Assembly: GCA_965218585.1 (NCBI GenBank)
Contig: CBDCLE010000010.1
Coordinates: 128,001 to 192,000 of the forward strand
Reading direction: 5' to 3'
Origin: Terriglobia bacterium
GTDB lineage: Bacteria; Acidobacteriota; Terriglobia; 20CM-2-55-15
DNA length: 64,000 nucleotides
Under the pieces are notes generated by a model, which did not search any database, was not told the DNA's origin, and was given only the letters and a program-made list of their open reading frames with translations. Both the position numbers and the translations under genes were made by a program. Below, piece by piece: positions 9,304 to 19,029 of the stretch (position 1 is its first letter; every line of letters begins with the position of its first letter).

Positions 9304-12300
9304 CTAGAACTCGTAGCGCAAGCCGAACTGCATGACCCGAGGAGGGATCATCACCTGTGAGTAGTTGCCAAAACTGCCGGGAAAGACGAACGAGAGCGTT
9401 TCCCATGCGTCGGGGTTGAACCGAACGCTGTTGGTCACGTTGAAGGCCTCGGCACGAAACTGAAGACTGTGCCCCTCGAATGGCATCGGGAAGCGTTTTC
9501 CGATAGCCATGTCGATCGAGAATATCCCATCGCCGCGCAGATTGTTCCGTTGCCCGATTTCGCCGGGCAGGACTTGCCGGAACGAGGCCAGGGCCGCCGC
9601 AGGATCGCTGAAGACGTTCGGTCCCGTGCCCCCTCCGATCAACCGGGCGTTCTTCGCGTTGGTCTGTTCCGGGACCGGGCCCACCGGTTCGGCAAAGTGC
9701 TGGTAGCAATAGCACGTCGGCCAAGCCAGACCGTTCAACACACTGAGGGGAAGGCCGGACGTCAAGCGCAACAGGCCGCTGAGCTGCCAGTCGCCCAGCA
9801 CGGCTTGGCCCGCCGACCCCAAGTTGGGCAGGACGGGTTTCCCGCGGCCGATCGGCAACTCGACGACCCAGTTGGCGTTCCATTGGTGGCGCATGTCGAA
9901 ATCGGAGACGGCCCGCTGCGCCTCCCGGTCCCAGGAGTTGATGACGCTGAACGTCGACCAATAGGTGTCTCCCGGAATCTGGCCGAACCGTTCGCCCTGG
10001 CTGCGGCGGGCGCCCACCGACACCAGGTCCGTGGACTTCGACAAGGTGTAGTTCAGGTGGAACTGGTACCCTTGGGAGAAGGCTTTGCGCAGCGACACTT
10101 GCATCGAGTGGTAGGTGGAGGTTCCGAAAGACCGGAGGGCATCGAAGGCCCAGAACTGGGGGTTCATGAAGGTCCCTTGCCCCAGATCGCTGCAGAACGG
10201 GGCGCAGGCGGAATCGAGATAGTAGAGCGCCGTGCCGGTATCGGGACTGCTGGACCGAATGACGTCGTAGACGCGCTGAGTCGCCGTGGCCTCCGGCGTG
10301 GCGGCTCCGGAATAGAGGTTTTCCCAGAACGCGACTGGTTGCACGGCTTCAGCCGACTCCCCGCGCCGCACCATGAGTTCGAGTTCCCGGAGCGAGTCCA
10401 TCAAATGTTGGCCGGACACCGGATCCCTGAAGTTGGTGTACTGAGCCGCGGCCGTGTCGTTGACGAGCAGTCGGCGGCCGAGTCTGCCGACGTAGCCGAT
10501 CTCGACGAGGAACCCGCCGTCCAACTCACGGGCGATAGAGAAGGTGGGGTTGATGCTGTATGGAGGCCGCACACTGGAGTCGACTCCCTGGCTCCATCCC
10601 AATCCGGTCGGGTTTGGCGTGCCCGGCCCTCCTGGCGGAGCAGGCAAGATCCCTCCAGCCGGGAGGGTTGAAATCCCGGCGAAGCGAGGCGCCGCCGCCA
10701 CAGTGGAGATCTGGTTGGTCACCTTGCTGGTGAGGCCGAACGCGTTCCGGTCGAGCATCTGCATCATGCCCATGCCGAAGCTGCTGTAGAAGATGCCCAC
10801 CCCCGCCCGGATCGATGTCTGTCCCGCGCTGCCGAACAGCTTGCCCAGAAAACCATCGCGAACATCTGGCGAGAAGGCTACGGCAAGCCGGGGGGAGAAA
10901 TTCTTGTAATGGGTACTCCACAGCGGGCCTCCTTGCGCATCGTCGGCCCGCACGAAGCCGATGGGTCCCGCTTCACGCGAGGGCCGACCGTTCGCCGCCA
11001 AGTCCAGGCGGTGAGCGATGTAGGCGTCGAGACCCGGCGTGATGCTGACCTGGAGTCCGTTCACCTCCCGGACCGGCGGCATGACAGACCAACGCAGGCC
11101 GGCCGTCACCGTCAGGCCTGGCCGCATGCGCCAGGTGTCCTGGAGGTAGAGTTCCAGTTGTTCCGCCCCGAAAGTTCGGCTCACGGGGTCTCCCAGGGGC
11201 AACGGATTGCCCTCCAGGTCGTAGTTGTAATTGGCATCGTAGAAGTTGAGGACCCCCAGGGCGGTCGCCATGGTTTCCCGGTAGGCGCCGGGGTTGGCGG
11301 GCGGGGCGGGGAGCGGCCCATCGAAGACGGTGGAGACGTCGGCAAGTGCCCAAGCGGCCTGTTTCCCGAAGTGATAGCTGTTGTCGTAACTTAAACGGCG
11401 GTTCCGGGTCGAAAAGAAGTCCCCGCCGAACTGCAGGAGATGCGGACCGCGCGTGAGGGAGAAGTTTGCCGTCACCGTCTGCGTCGGCAAGTAGGTGTCC
11501 CGGGGAGTCGTCGCACCCAGGATATCGTCGATGATGCTGTCTCCGAGACTGGCCCGGGATGCTGTCTGGACACCCGAAACATTCAACTTCTGGGCACTGA
11601 ATCCGTAGCGGAAAGCGCCGAAGACGTTGCCGCCGAACGTCCCGTCGTATCCGAATGCCAACCCGCGGCTGGTGTCGGCCGTCTCCGTGTTGGGGGGCTG
11701 GCCGGGAAACTGGGGCAGGTTCGAGATGCGGTCGTTCTGGTAGTTGACGCGCAGGAACATGCGGTGCAGACCGTTCCGGTCCGCAGTCCAATCAATCTTC
11801 GAAACGAATGTGTTCCAGGCCAGGGGCGTCGAGGCCGTGAACCGGTATCCGGCCGTGTTCAAGCCATCGCCGACGGTGGAGTCGTTCGGTTCCGGAAAGG
11901 ACCTGAAGTATTCGAGAGTGGCGGGATTGGGACCCGTCCCCAGAGGATCGATCCGGGTGCGGATGAATGCCGGATCAAGCGTTCTGACATCCCCGCCGGC
12001 GCTCCTGTACCGGACGAATCCATCGCGCATCGAAGCCGTCGGCACCCGGCGCACCGCGCTGCCTTCGCTGGCGTCCCGGCGGCCTTCGTAGTTCACGAAG
12101 TAGAAGAGGCGGTCCCGCTTGACGGGGCCACCGAGGGAACCGCCGAAGACGTTGCGGATCAGCTTGGGGCGACCGACACCGGCCCTGTTGTTGAAGAAAT
12201 CATTCGCCGCCGTGATCGTGTTCCGGTGAAATTCGTAGAGTGATCCGTGGACCTCGTTGGTACCGCTCTTCGTCACCAGCGATACCTGCGCGCCCGACGA

Positions 12301-13017
12301 GCGACCCTGGTCGGCATTGGCGGTGGTCGTCACCACACGGAATTCTTGAATCGAATCCAGCGTGTTGCGCAGCACGCTGGTGAAGGGCGTGCGTCCGTTC
12401 TGATCGTTCACATCGACCCCGTCCAGCGTTACGTTCGACTGGTCGCTCTGGGCTCCGTTCACCGAACCATTCCGGATATCCGCCGATCGCTGGGTGTCCA
12501 ACGGGTCCGCGCTGATGAAGGTGACACCCGCCTGCAGCGAGAGCAGACCGGCCGGATTTCGGGCATTCAGCGGCAATTGGCTGATCGGCCGGGGGCCGAA
12601 CGCGTTTCCTACCGACGCATCCGTGGTATTCAGCTGTTCGGCCACCGCGGCCACCGTGACGGACTCGGTGAGCGCCGCGACTTCGAATGTCACGGGAAGC
12701 TCGACGTTCGTGTTGACGAGCAACGTGAGGCCTTCAATAATCACCGATTGGAAGCCCGGCTGTGTCGCCGACAGCGTATAGGAGCCGGGTGGGAGCTGGG
12801 CAAAGATGTAGAGTCCCTCATTGTTGGACAGTATGGTGCGCTGGAGACCGTTGGCCGCGTTCGTCACGGTGATCTCGGCGCCGGGGAACACGGCGCCGCT
12901 CTCGTCGGTGACCCGTCCGCTCAAACTACTGGATTGAGCGTGAGAAGTTGGAGCGGCGAGGGTGATTGCCATCAGGAAGATCAAAAACGCAGAGTAGAAT
13001 CGAATGGGTTCCATCAT
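9304..13017 (-). CDS. Oar-like TonB-dependent receptor with N-terminal carboxypeptidase-regulatory-like domain
   Basis: Signal peptide; LSGRVTDESGAVFPGA; LPLNARN; TKSGTNEVHGS; C-terminal PRVMQFGLRYEF. Confidence 0.92.
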   Translation of the reverse strand: MMEPIRFYSAFLIFLMAITLAAPTSHAQSSSLSGRVTDESGAVFPGAEITVTNAANGLQRTILSNNEGLYIFAQLPPGSYTLSATQPGFQSVIIEGLTLLVNTNVELPVTFEVAALTESVTVAAVAEQLNTTDASVGNAFGPRPISQLPLNARNPAGLLSLQAGVTFISADPLDTQRSADIRNGSVNGAQSDQSNVTLDGVDVNDQNGRTPFTSVLRNTLDSIQEFRVVTTTANADQGRSSGAQVSLVTKSGTNEVHGSLYEFHRNTITAANDFFNNRAGVGRPKLIRNVFGGSLGGPVKRDRLFYFVNYEGRRDASEGSAVRRVPTASMRDGFVRYRSAGGDVRTLDPAFIRTRIDPLGTGPNPATLEYFRSFPEPNDSTVGDGLNTAGYRFTASTPLAWNTFVSKIDWTADRNGLHRMFLRVNYQNDRISNLPQFPGQPPNTETADTSRGLAFGYDGTFGGNVFGAFRYGFSAQKLNVSGVQTASRASLGDSIIDDILGATTPRDTYLPTQTVTANFSLTRGPHLLQFGGDFFSTRNRRLSYDNSYHFGKQAAWALADVSTVFDGPLPAPPANPGAYRETMATALGVLNFYDANYNYDLEGNPLPLGDPVSRTFGAEQLELYLQDTWRMRPGLTVTAGLRWSVMPPVREVNGLQVSITPGLDAYIAHRLDLAANGRPSREAGPIGFVRADDAQGGPLWSTHYKNFSPRLAVAFSPDVRDGFLGKLFGSAGQTSIRAGVGIFYSSFGMGMMQMLDRNAFGLTSKVTNQISTVAAAPRFAGISTLPAGGILPAPPGGPGTPNPTGLGWSQGVDSSVRPPYSINPTFSIARELDGGFLVEIGYVGRLGRRLLVNDTAAAQYTNFRDPVSGQHLMDSLRELELMVRRGESAEAVQPVAFWENLYSGAATPEATATQRVYDVIRSSSPDTGTALYYLDSACAPFCSDLGQGTFMNPQFWAFDALRSFGTSTYHSMQVSLRKAFSQGYQFHLNYTLSKSTDLVSVGARRSQGERFGQIPGDTYWSTFSVINSWDREAQRAVSDFDMRHQWNANWVVELPIGRGKPVLPNLGSAGQAVLGDWQLSGLLRLTSGLPLSVLNGLAWPTCYCYQHFAEPVGPVPEQTNAKNARLIGGGTGPNVFSDPAAALASFRQVLPGEIGQRNNLRGDGIFSIDMAIGKRFPMPFEGHSLQFRAEAFNVTNSVRFNPDAWETLSFVFPGSFGNYSQVMIPPRVMQFGLRYEF

Positions 13018-13587
13018 TCAGAATTTTCCTCCAGGCTGTGAGCTGAAATACCGAGCCTTTTGAGATCGCGCAGCGAACGGATTTTGGGGTCGAATGGTCG
13101 ATCCTGATGGTTCGCTGCACGGGGAAAGCAGAATCACCCCTGGGCGCGCGCGGCTTTTTCCTTCTGCTCGATGTTCCCGAACATCACCCTCGTATGGGAG
13201 TCATAAGCTACCGTATTAATAAATCGAGGTCAAGGAGGCGGAAGCGGGATGGCGCGCTCGGTGCAGGAACCCGCTTCGGGGCGGGACTCCGATTTGCTTC
13301 TCGTCCACGGCCTGCACGGCGGGTACGATTCGGGGCTCGATGCCAGGTGCGCGTCAGTTTTGCCAACGCGGGCGGGATGCCCCCGCCGCCGATAAGCGCT
13401 GCGACGACTGCACCCGGTTCCGCCCCTTGAGGATAGCACTCGCGTCGGCCGCGAGACGCCTGGGGGCTCGGAGGACAGTAGCCGTACGCGTTTCATGACG
13501 TCTGGGTGGGTGGGGGCACGCCGATCATGGAGGTTCGCCGGATTCACGCTGAGATTACCGGTAAAGGTGGCCGATGACCACGCGCAA

Positions 13588-13727
13588 ACCTGGAACGCCA
13601 GCACCCCGGCGACGAATGCGATGATGGTGAGGCTGGAGACGACGAAAACCGGATTATGGATGTCGAGGCCGAGGAACTGGACGTTGTCCTGACCCGGCTT
13701 GTAGTCGATCTTCGAGATCTCAGCCAT
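13588..13727 (-). pseudogene. Second BCCT transporter, only the first ~46 codons remain
   Basis: MAEISKIDYKPGQDNVQFLGLDIHNPVFVVSSL closely matches the N-terminus of 7381..8931. Confidence 0.8.
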
Positions 13728-13970
13728 ACGGTTTCGTCAGCGGTGCTGCAGCACAGCCGTTCCACCGCCACCACGGCGGTAAGCGGCGGGGCAATGACGT
13801 GCGCCGTGCACGTCTAATACTGCCGCTGGCCAAAGGCCGGTCATTTTTCGCGACCCGTAAAGCTTAGGCAATACTAGAGTGTTGCACACCCGCTCCTTTG
13901 TGCAACCCACCGGCAGTGTCTAACACCCTTGGTGAAGCTGGAAGGATTGCGCGTGGCCACCACCGGCCGA

Positions 13971-15166
13971 GAGGTCATTACAAAAGGTGTGTAAAAGTCA
14001 TCAGGCGGCGGCCTTCGATTTCATCACGACTCTGATGCCGTCAGCGAATTGCTGACCATCATAGACCTCTTGTAAGAGTTCGGATCCTTTTAAGTGTCGC
14101 CAAGCCTTCTCAGCGACACGTAGTAGCTTCCAGATCATTGCCGTTGCATTCTCGACACGCTTGAATCGGCGAACTGATCCCGCTTTCGTTCGCAGGCCGC
14201 GCGGGAGTTCGCGAAGGCCATCCCATGAAGCAGCTGTCTGGCCGCGGGCTGCTCGGTCTTCGGCAGATGATCGACCACGTTGATCGACTTGTGGTTCCAG
14301 CAGCGTTGTTCCTGGCCCTGGGGCTGTTGCTCGGCCAGCGCGGACCAGATGCCCAGGTGACCGTCCGCGACAGTCAGCCGTCCCAGCTTCAGGCCCCGTC
14401 TCTGGAGATTGCGCAGAATGCGGCTCCAGGACTCCTTGTTTTTCCGCTGCCCGCTCTCACAGGCCAACACCACTTTGCGCCCGTCTGACAAGGCTCCGAT
14501 GATCACCAGCAATGCCGCTCGCTCTTTCGCGATCCCCGCTTTCACGTACAAGCCGTCTGCCCACTGGTACACGACCTCGAGGCCGGACAGGTCCTGCTGG
14601 ACCCACTCGTCATACTCCAACTGCCAGGTCGATTTCAGTCGTTGGATCGATGCTCGCGACAACGGAGCGCCAGCGCCAAGCAGTCCGCGCATGGCCTGCT
14701 CGAAGTCCCCTGTGGCCAGACCGTGGAGGTAGAGATCGGGAAGTAGCTCGCCCAGCTGTTTCGATTTCCGTCGAAAATACGGCAGGATCTGACTCTCGAA
14801 CCGCTCGGCGGTGTTTCGAACCCGAGGTCGTCGAACCTCCATCGTACCGTTCATCATTGCGAAGCGTCGCGGCTTCCCGTGACCGTTCCGGTATCCTCGT
14901 CGATTCGGACTCCGCTCCGACTTTTCCCGACCCAGAAATTGAGTGACTTCGTCCTCGAGCAGCTCCTGTAGCCAGACTTGGACCCGGGATCGCGCCCAGT
15001 CCTCCAAACCTTCATACGCGTTCGTTGACGCCACTGATGCCGGTATGTTCTTCTTCTTCATGGGTGGTGTACCTTTCTCCCGATTGCTGCCGGGATTGCT
15101 TACGGTTTCGAATTCACCGAAAGCGTACACCGCCTTCTCTTTTTACACACCGATTGGAACGACCTC
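13971..15166 (-). mobile_element. IS256-family element (copy B) with internally deleted transposase (15062 to 14001)
   Basis: 26-bp imperfect TIRs GAGGTCATTACAAAAGGTGTGTAAAA / TTTTACACACCGATTGGAACGACCTC; RNGHGKPR, WADG, QRCWNHK; jumps frame to RFKRVENATAMIWKLL C-terminus. Confidence 0.85.
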
Positions 15167-15223
15167 TATCTGGTTGATTTGTTGTTTACCAGACTTCAAA
15201 GCAACCAAGGGAGATACGCCACT

Positions 15224-16792
15224 ATGAGCAAGAGTAACGTGAATGGACCGGAGGGTCGAGAGACGATTGAGGATCCGATAACAGAGCTACTACGAGTTGG
15301 AGCTCAGCAACTGATCCAACGCGCGGTGGAAACCGAATTGGCGGAACTGCTATCCCACCACGGCGATCGGAGAACCGAGACGGGCAACGCCGGGGTGGTG
15401 CGCAACGGTTATCTGCCTGAACGTGAACTGCAGACCGGTTTGGGGCCGGTAACGGTCCAGATCCCGAAAGTCCGAGCGAAGACTGGCGACCCGGTAACGT
15501 TCCGGTCGGCCCTGGTACCTCCCTACATTCGGAAAACGAAATCGCTGGAAGCAGCGGTGCCGTGGTTGCGGCGATGGGTCCGGGAGCGGAAGATGCGTTT
15601 GGGCTGGCACCGGCCGGGGGCGGTGGTGCCGCTGGATCCGGAACAGGCGCGGGAAGCGGAAGTGGACTGGGGGACGGGCTGGGTCCGGATGAAGGGTGAA
15701 GACGTTCAGGTCAAACTGTTCTGCATGCGGAGCCGGTACTCGGGCAAGTCGTTCGTGCGGGCGTATCCGCGGGAACGGCAGGCGATGTTCCTGGACGGTC
15801 ACATCCGGGCGTTCGGCTGGTACGGCGGCGTATTCCCGGCCGTGGTCTTCGATAACCTGAAGACAGCTGTGAGGCGGATTCTGAGGGGGAAGGCCCGGAT
15901 CGAGCAGGACCGGTTCACGGCGTTACGAGCCCACTACACCTTTGAAGCGCGGTTCTGTAATCCGGCCCGGGGCCAGGAGAAAGGTGGTGTCGAGGGCCTG
16001 ATCGGTTTCGCACGCCGGAATTTCCTGGTGCCGATTCCCGAGGTGGCCGACTTCGAGGAACTGAACGCGCAGCTGCTGGAACGCTGCGCGACCGACGAGC
16101 AGCGCCGGATCGGCGGCCGGGCCGACGCCCGCACGATCGGGGAACGGCACGCGGTCGAGAAAGAGCGCCTGTTGGCGCTGCCCGAGACGCCATTCGAAAA
16201 CACGAAGGTGGTGGGCGTGCGGATCAGCCGGTACCAGGCCGCCCAGGTGGATTCGAACCGCTACTCGGTGCCGACCGCGTATGTGGGACGCCGGCTCTGG
16301 GCCCATATCGGCTGTGACCGGGTGAGCTTTTACGCGGACCAGAAGAAGGTGGCCGAACATGCCCGCGCCTTCGGTCATAGCGACTGGCGGACCGATCCGT
16401 TGCACTACCTGGAGTTGATCCGGCGGAAGGTGGCCTCGTTTGAGAGTGCCCGCCCGATCCGGCAGTGGCGGCCCCAGTGGCCGGCCCATTACGAGACGGT
16501 GCTGGAGCGGTTGCGGGACCGGCATGGGTACAGCCGGGGCACCCGGGAGTTCATCAGCATCCTGCAACTCCACCAGGACTGGGATCTGGGCCGGGTGTCG
16601 GCCGCCGTCCAGGATGCGCTCGATGCCCACTGCGCCGAACTGGAAGCGGTGCGGCACATTCTGATGCGGGAGGACGCGCCCGCCCGATCCCATGCCCCGC
16701 TCGAGTCCGGACTGATGCCCGGGATCACGGACCGGGCGATTGCCGGAACCGATCTGAATCGATACGACCTGTTGGCTGGAGGTGTGCGATGA
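15224..16792 (+). CDS. istA: Chimeric ORF: IS256 transposase N-terminus fused in frame to IS21 IstA
   Basis: RNGYLPER..TGLG..IPKVR..FRSALVPPY (IS256) then EAEVDWG, FDNLK, PARGQEKGGVE, NRYSVP (IstA). Confidence 0.8.
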   Translation: MSKSNVNGPEGRETIEDPITELLRVGAQQLIQRAVETELAELLSHHGDRRTETGNAGVVRNGYLPERELQTGLGPVTVQIPKVRAKTGDPVTFRSALVPPYIRKTKSLEAAVPWLRRWVRERKMRLGWHRPGAVVPLDPEQAREAEVDWGTGWVRMKGEDVQVKLFCMRSRYSGKSFVRAYPRERQAMFLDGHIRAFGWYGGVFPAVVFDNLKTAVRRILRGKARIEQDRFTALRAHYTFEARFCNPARGQEKGGVEGLIGFARRNFLVPIPEVADFEELNAQLLERCATDEQRRIGGRADARTIGERHAVEKERLLALPETPFENTKVVGVRISRYQAAQVDSNRYSVPTAYVGRRLWAHIGCDRVSFYADQKKVAEHARAFGHSDWRTDPLHYLELIRRKVASFESARPIRQWRPQWPAHYETVLERLRDRHGYSRGTREFISILQLHQDWDLGRVSAAVQDALDAHCAELEAVRHILMREDAPARSHAPLESGLMPGITDRAIAGTDLNRYDLLAGGVR

Positions 16793-17580
16793 CTCCGGGT
16801 CAGGAGGTGGTCCTGGACGACGCATTGCGGCAGCTCCGGTTGCCGGCCATGGTCCGTGCCTGGCGGGAATACGGCCGGCAGGCCAAGGAAGCCGGCGAGG
16901 GGTACCCCGGCTTTCTGCTGGCTCTGGCCAGTCGTGAGTTGGAACAGCGGCAAGCCAATCAGATCCAGCGCCGGTTGCGCACGGCCCGGTTCCCACGGTT
17001 GAAAACCCTGGAAACGACCGACCTGAACAAGTGGCCGGCACTGGATGCGGTCCAGGTGCGCGACTATGCCGAGTGCGACACCATCACCCGGTGCGAGAAC
17101 GTTGTGTTGTTGGGCAAGCACGGCACCGGCAAGACTCACGCCGCGACGGTGTGGGGCGTGGAAGCCTGCCGGAGGGGCTACCGCGTCGGGTTCACCACGG
17201 CCGCGGGGCGGGTCAATTCGCTGATCGAGTCCCGTGAGGAGCGACAGTTGAAGCAGCAACTGGCGAAGTTGTCCCGCTTCGAGCTGCTCATCGTCGACGA
17301 GGTCGGCTATATCCCGTTCTCGGCCGAGGGTGCCCAGTTGCTGTTTCAGGTCTTCTCGGACCGGTACGAAAAGGGTTCCCTCATCGTGACGTCGAACCTG
17401 CCGTTTGCGCAGTGGACCAGCGTGTTCGGCGATGCCGCCCTGACCGCGGCCCTGTTGGACCGATTGACCCATCACTGCGCGATTCATCAGTTCGATTGGG
17501 AAAGCATCCGGTTCACCGAGAGTCTCGGTGCCGCCAACAAGCGGAAGAAGAAACCCCGGTCCGCCGAAGGCTCCGCGTGA
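16789..17580 (+). CDS. istB: IS21 helper ATPase IstB
   Basis: ATGA overlap with istA; Walker A GKHGTGKT; LLIVDEVGY; TSNLPF..W; ALLDRLTHH. Confidence 0.92.
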   Translation: MTPGQEVVLDDALRQLRLPAMVRAWREYGRQAKEAGEGYPGFLLALASRELEQRQANQIQRRLRTARFPRLKTLETTDLNKWPALDAVQVRDYAECDTITRCENVVLLGKHGTGKTHAATVWGVEACRRGYRVGFTTAAGRVNSLIESREERQLKQQLAKLSRFELLIVDEVGYIPFSAEGAQLLFQVFSDRYEKGSLIVTSNLPFAQWTSVFGDAALTAALLDRLTHHCAIHQFDWESIRFTESLGAANKRKKKPRSAEGSA

Positions 17581-17724
17581 AACACACGCGAGCGAGCGGC
17601 TGTGGAAAGTGCCGCCACCGTGGAAACCCGCTGCAAAGCCGGCGCGTTACCACCGCGGCTTGGAAGCTTTCGGCTTCCACACTTCCCGCAACCCCGACGG
17701 CGGATTTACTTACAAACCATTAAC

Positions 17725-17778
17725 CCGGGGGGTGGGTCCTTTTTACTCGACCGGGGTGGGCTCTTTTTACGTTGTCAA
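17725..17778 (+). repeat. IS21 right end with tandem terminal repeats
   Basis: GGGGTGGGTCCTTTTTACTCGA and GGGGTGGGCTCTTTTTACGTTG direct repeats after istB. Confidence 0.65.
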
Positions 17779-17800
17779 AGCGAGGAGTAGGCAGTGACGG

Positions 17801-18139
17801 CTAGCTGCTCACCGCCGCGTTCAACACATCACCGACCCACTGATTCAAACTCTTTCCAGCAGCGGTTGCAGCTTCTACCGCCTGCTGGTGCAGGTCCGGT
17901 GGTATGCGGATAGTGAATTTGCCAGAAAATTCCTTGCGCGGTTCTATTCCACGTTGCTCGCATGCTTTCAGAAAGACCTTAAGGGAGGTCGCTCCTTCCT
18001 TACGTAGTCCCTTAATATCGGAAGCGTAGAAGTCAGCTCCGCCGTTCAGCCCGATAAATTCCCCACGGAGCATATCGATGTCTGGATCATAGTTGACAAC
18101 TGCCTTGAAGCCGCCGATGTTCAATGTGTTGCTCATCAT
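17801..18139 (-). CDS. hicB: HicB-family antitoxin
   Basis: YDPDIDMLRGEFIGLNGGADFYA..EFSGKFTIRIPPDLH (RHH C-terminus); overlaps the hicA stop. Confidence 0.85.
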   Translation of the reverse strand: MMSNTLNIGGFKAVVNYDPDIDMLRGEFIGLNGGADFYASDIKGLRKEGATSLKVFLKACEQRGIEPRKEFSGKFTIRIPPDLHQQAVEAATAAGKSLNQWVGDVLNAAVSS

Positions 18140-18390
18140 GGTGTTACTCCGTTTGCTTTCAGCCAATCTCTAACGCTTCCAACAGCACCTTTATCGGTGG
18201 AAGGGCCAGGGTGAGGGCGATGGTACACCCGCACCTCGCCAAACAGAAAAACCACTACGCGGCTTCCTTCACGCTCCTCCAATTCAGCACCCAATCCCTT
18301 CAGCAAGCCCTTAATATCAACCCACTTTACGTTACCGCTAACAGGGCGGCTGAAGATCAGTTGGAGCGTCTTTTGGTGCTTGCGGTTCAT
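18136..18390 (-). CDS. hicA: HicA-family toxin
   Basis: MNRKHQKTL..IFSRP..W.DI..L..LGA..EREGSRV..HRPHP. Confidence 0.85.
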   Translation of the reverse strand: MNRKHQKTLQLIFSRPVSGNVKWVDIKGLLKGLGAELEEREGSRVVVFLFGEVRVYHRPHPGPSTDKGAVGSVRDWLKANGVTP

Positions 18391-18398
18391 GTCATTAC

Positions 18399-18419
18399 TG
18401 GTACCAGTATATGGTACCA
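18399..18419. promoter_or_regulatory. Probable HicAB operator (two TGGTACCA palindromes)
   Basis: TGGTACCAgtataTGGTACCA immediately upstream of hicA. Confidence 0.55.
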
Positions 18420-18443
18420 TCTCGTGGCGGTCAACGTACACAG

Positions 18444-18748
18444 CGTTGTTGCATGGATCGGGGCGGAGATGGAATTCCCCCTTGCCCCAAGCGGTAGCGT
18501 CAGGCGGTGCGTTCGAACACAGGCCGTCCGAGTGCGGTCATTGTGTTCAGGACTTTCTGGCCGAGTTGGCTCCCGTGATCTGGCTGGAGAAGCTGCGGGA
18601 TTGGAGTCTGGGGCCGATGACGCTCTTCCAACGGCCGATCTGCGTTTCTGCCGTCGGGCTGCGTTGAACTTATGCGGCATCTAAGTTATCCCTGGTGTTG
18701 AAAAACACAATGATAAGGCATCCTTCGGGATGATCCATGCAACAAGGT
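18444..18748 (-). mobile_element. Internally deleted IS5 (IS903-like) mini-element
   Basis: TIRs TTGTTGCATGGATC (18446-18459) / GATCCATGCAACAA (18732-18745); MPHKFNAARR start joined to ..KVLNTMTALGRPVFERTA end. Confidence 0.7.
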
Positions 18749-19029
18749 CCCCAATGAGCATCATCACTCCCCCTGTCGGGGTGTCGCAAAAGTCCCACGA
18801 CCCCGTAGAATTGCAACAATGACTTGTGCGACAGGGTTTTGCAACGCAATCCGCGTCCTGATCCTGCGTCGTGAGCCTTCCCCGTTACCTGTCGCGGAAC
18901 CGACCGTTTTGCGACGGTCGCACTCACGGCCTTAGACACCATGGATTGACCTGCCCTGGCCTCGTACGCGTGGGTTATGTTGCGGGGCGAGGAACCTTCG
19001 ACACAGAGCCACAACGAGGAGGGCAGGTC

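Noticed and set aside
9469-13041. Several 250-400 aa ORFs overlapping the TonB receptor
   Set aside because: Antisense or alternate-frame shadows with no motifs
18925-18940. Integron attC site as the IS1111 target
   Set aside because: TTAG context is present but there is no RYYYAAC..GTTRRRY palindrome, cassette array or integrase
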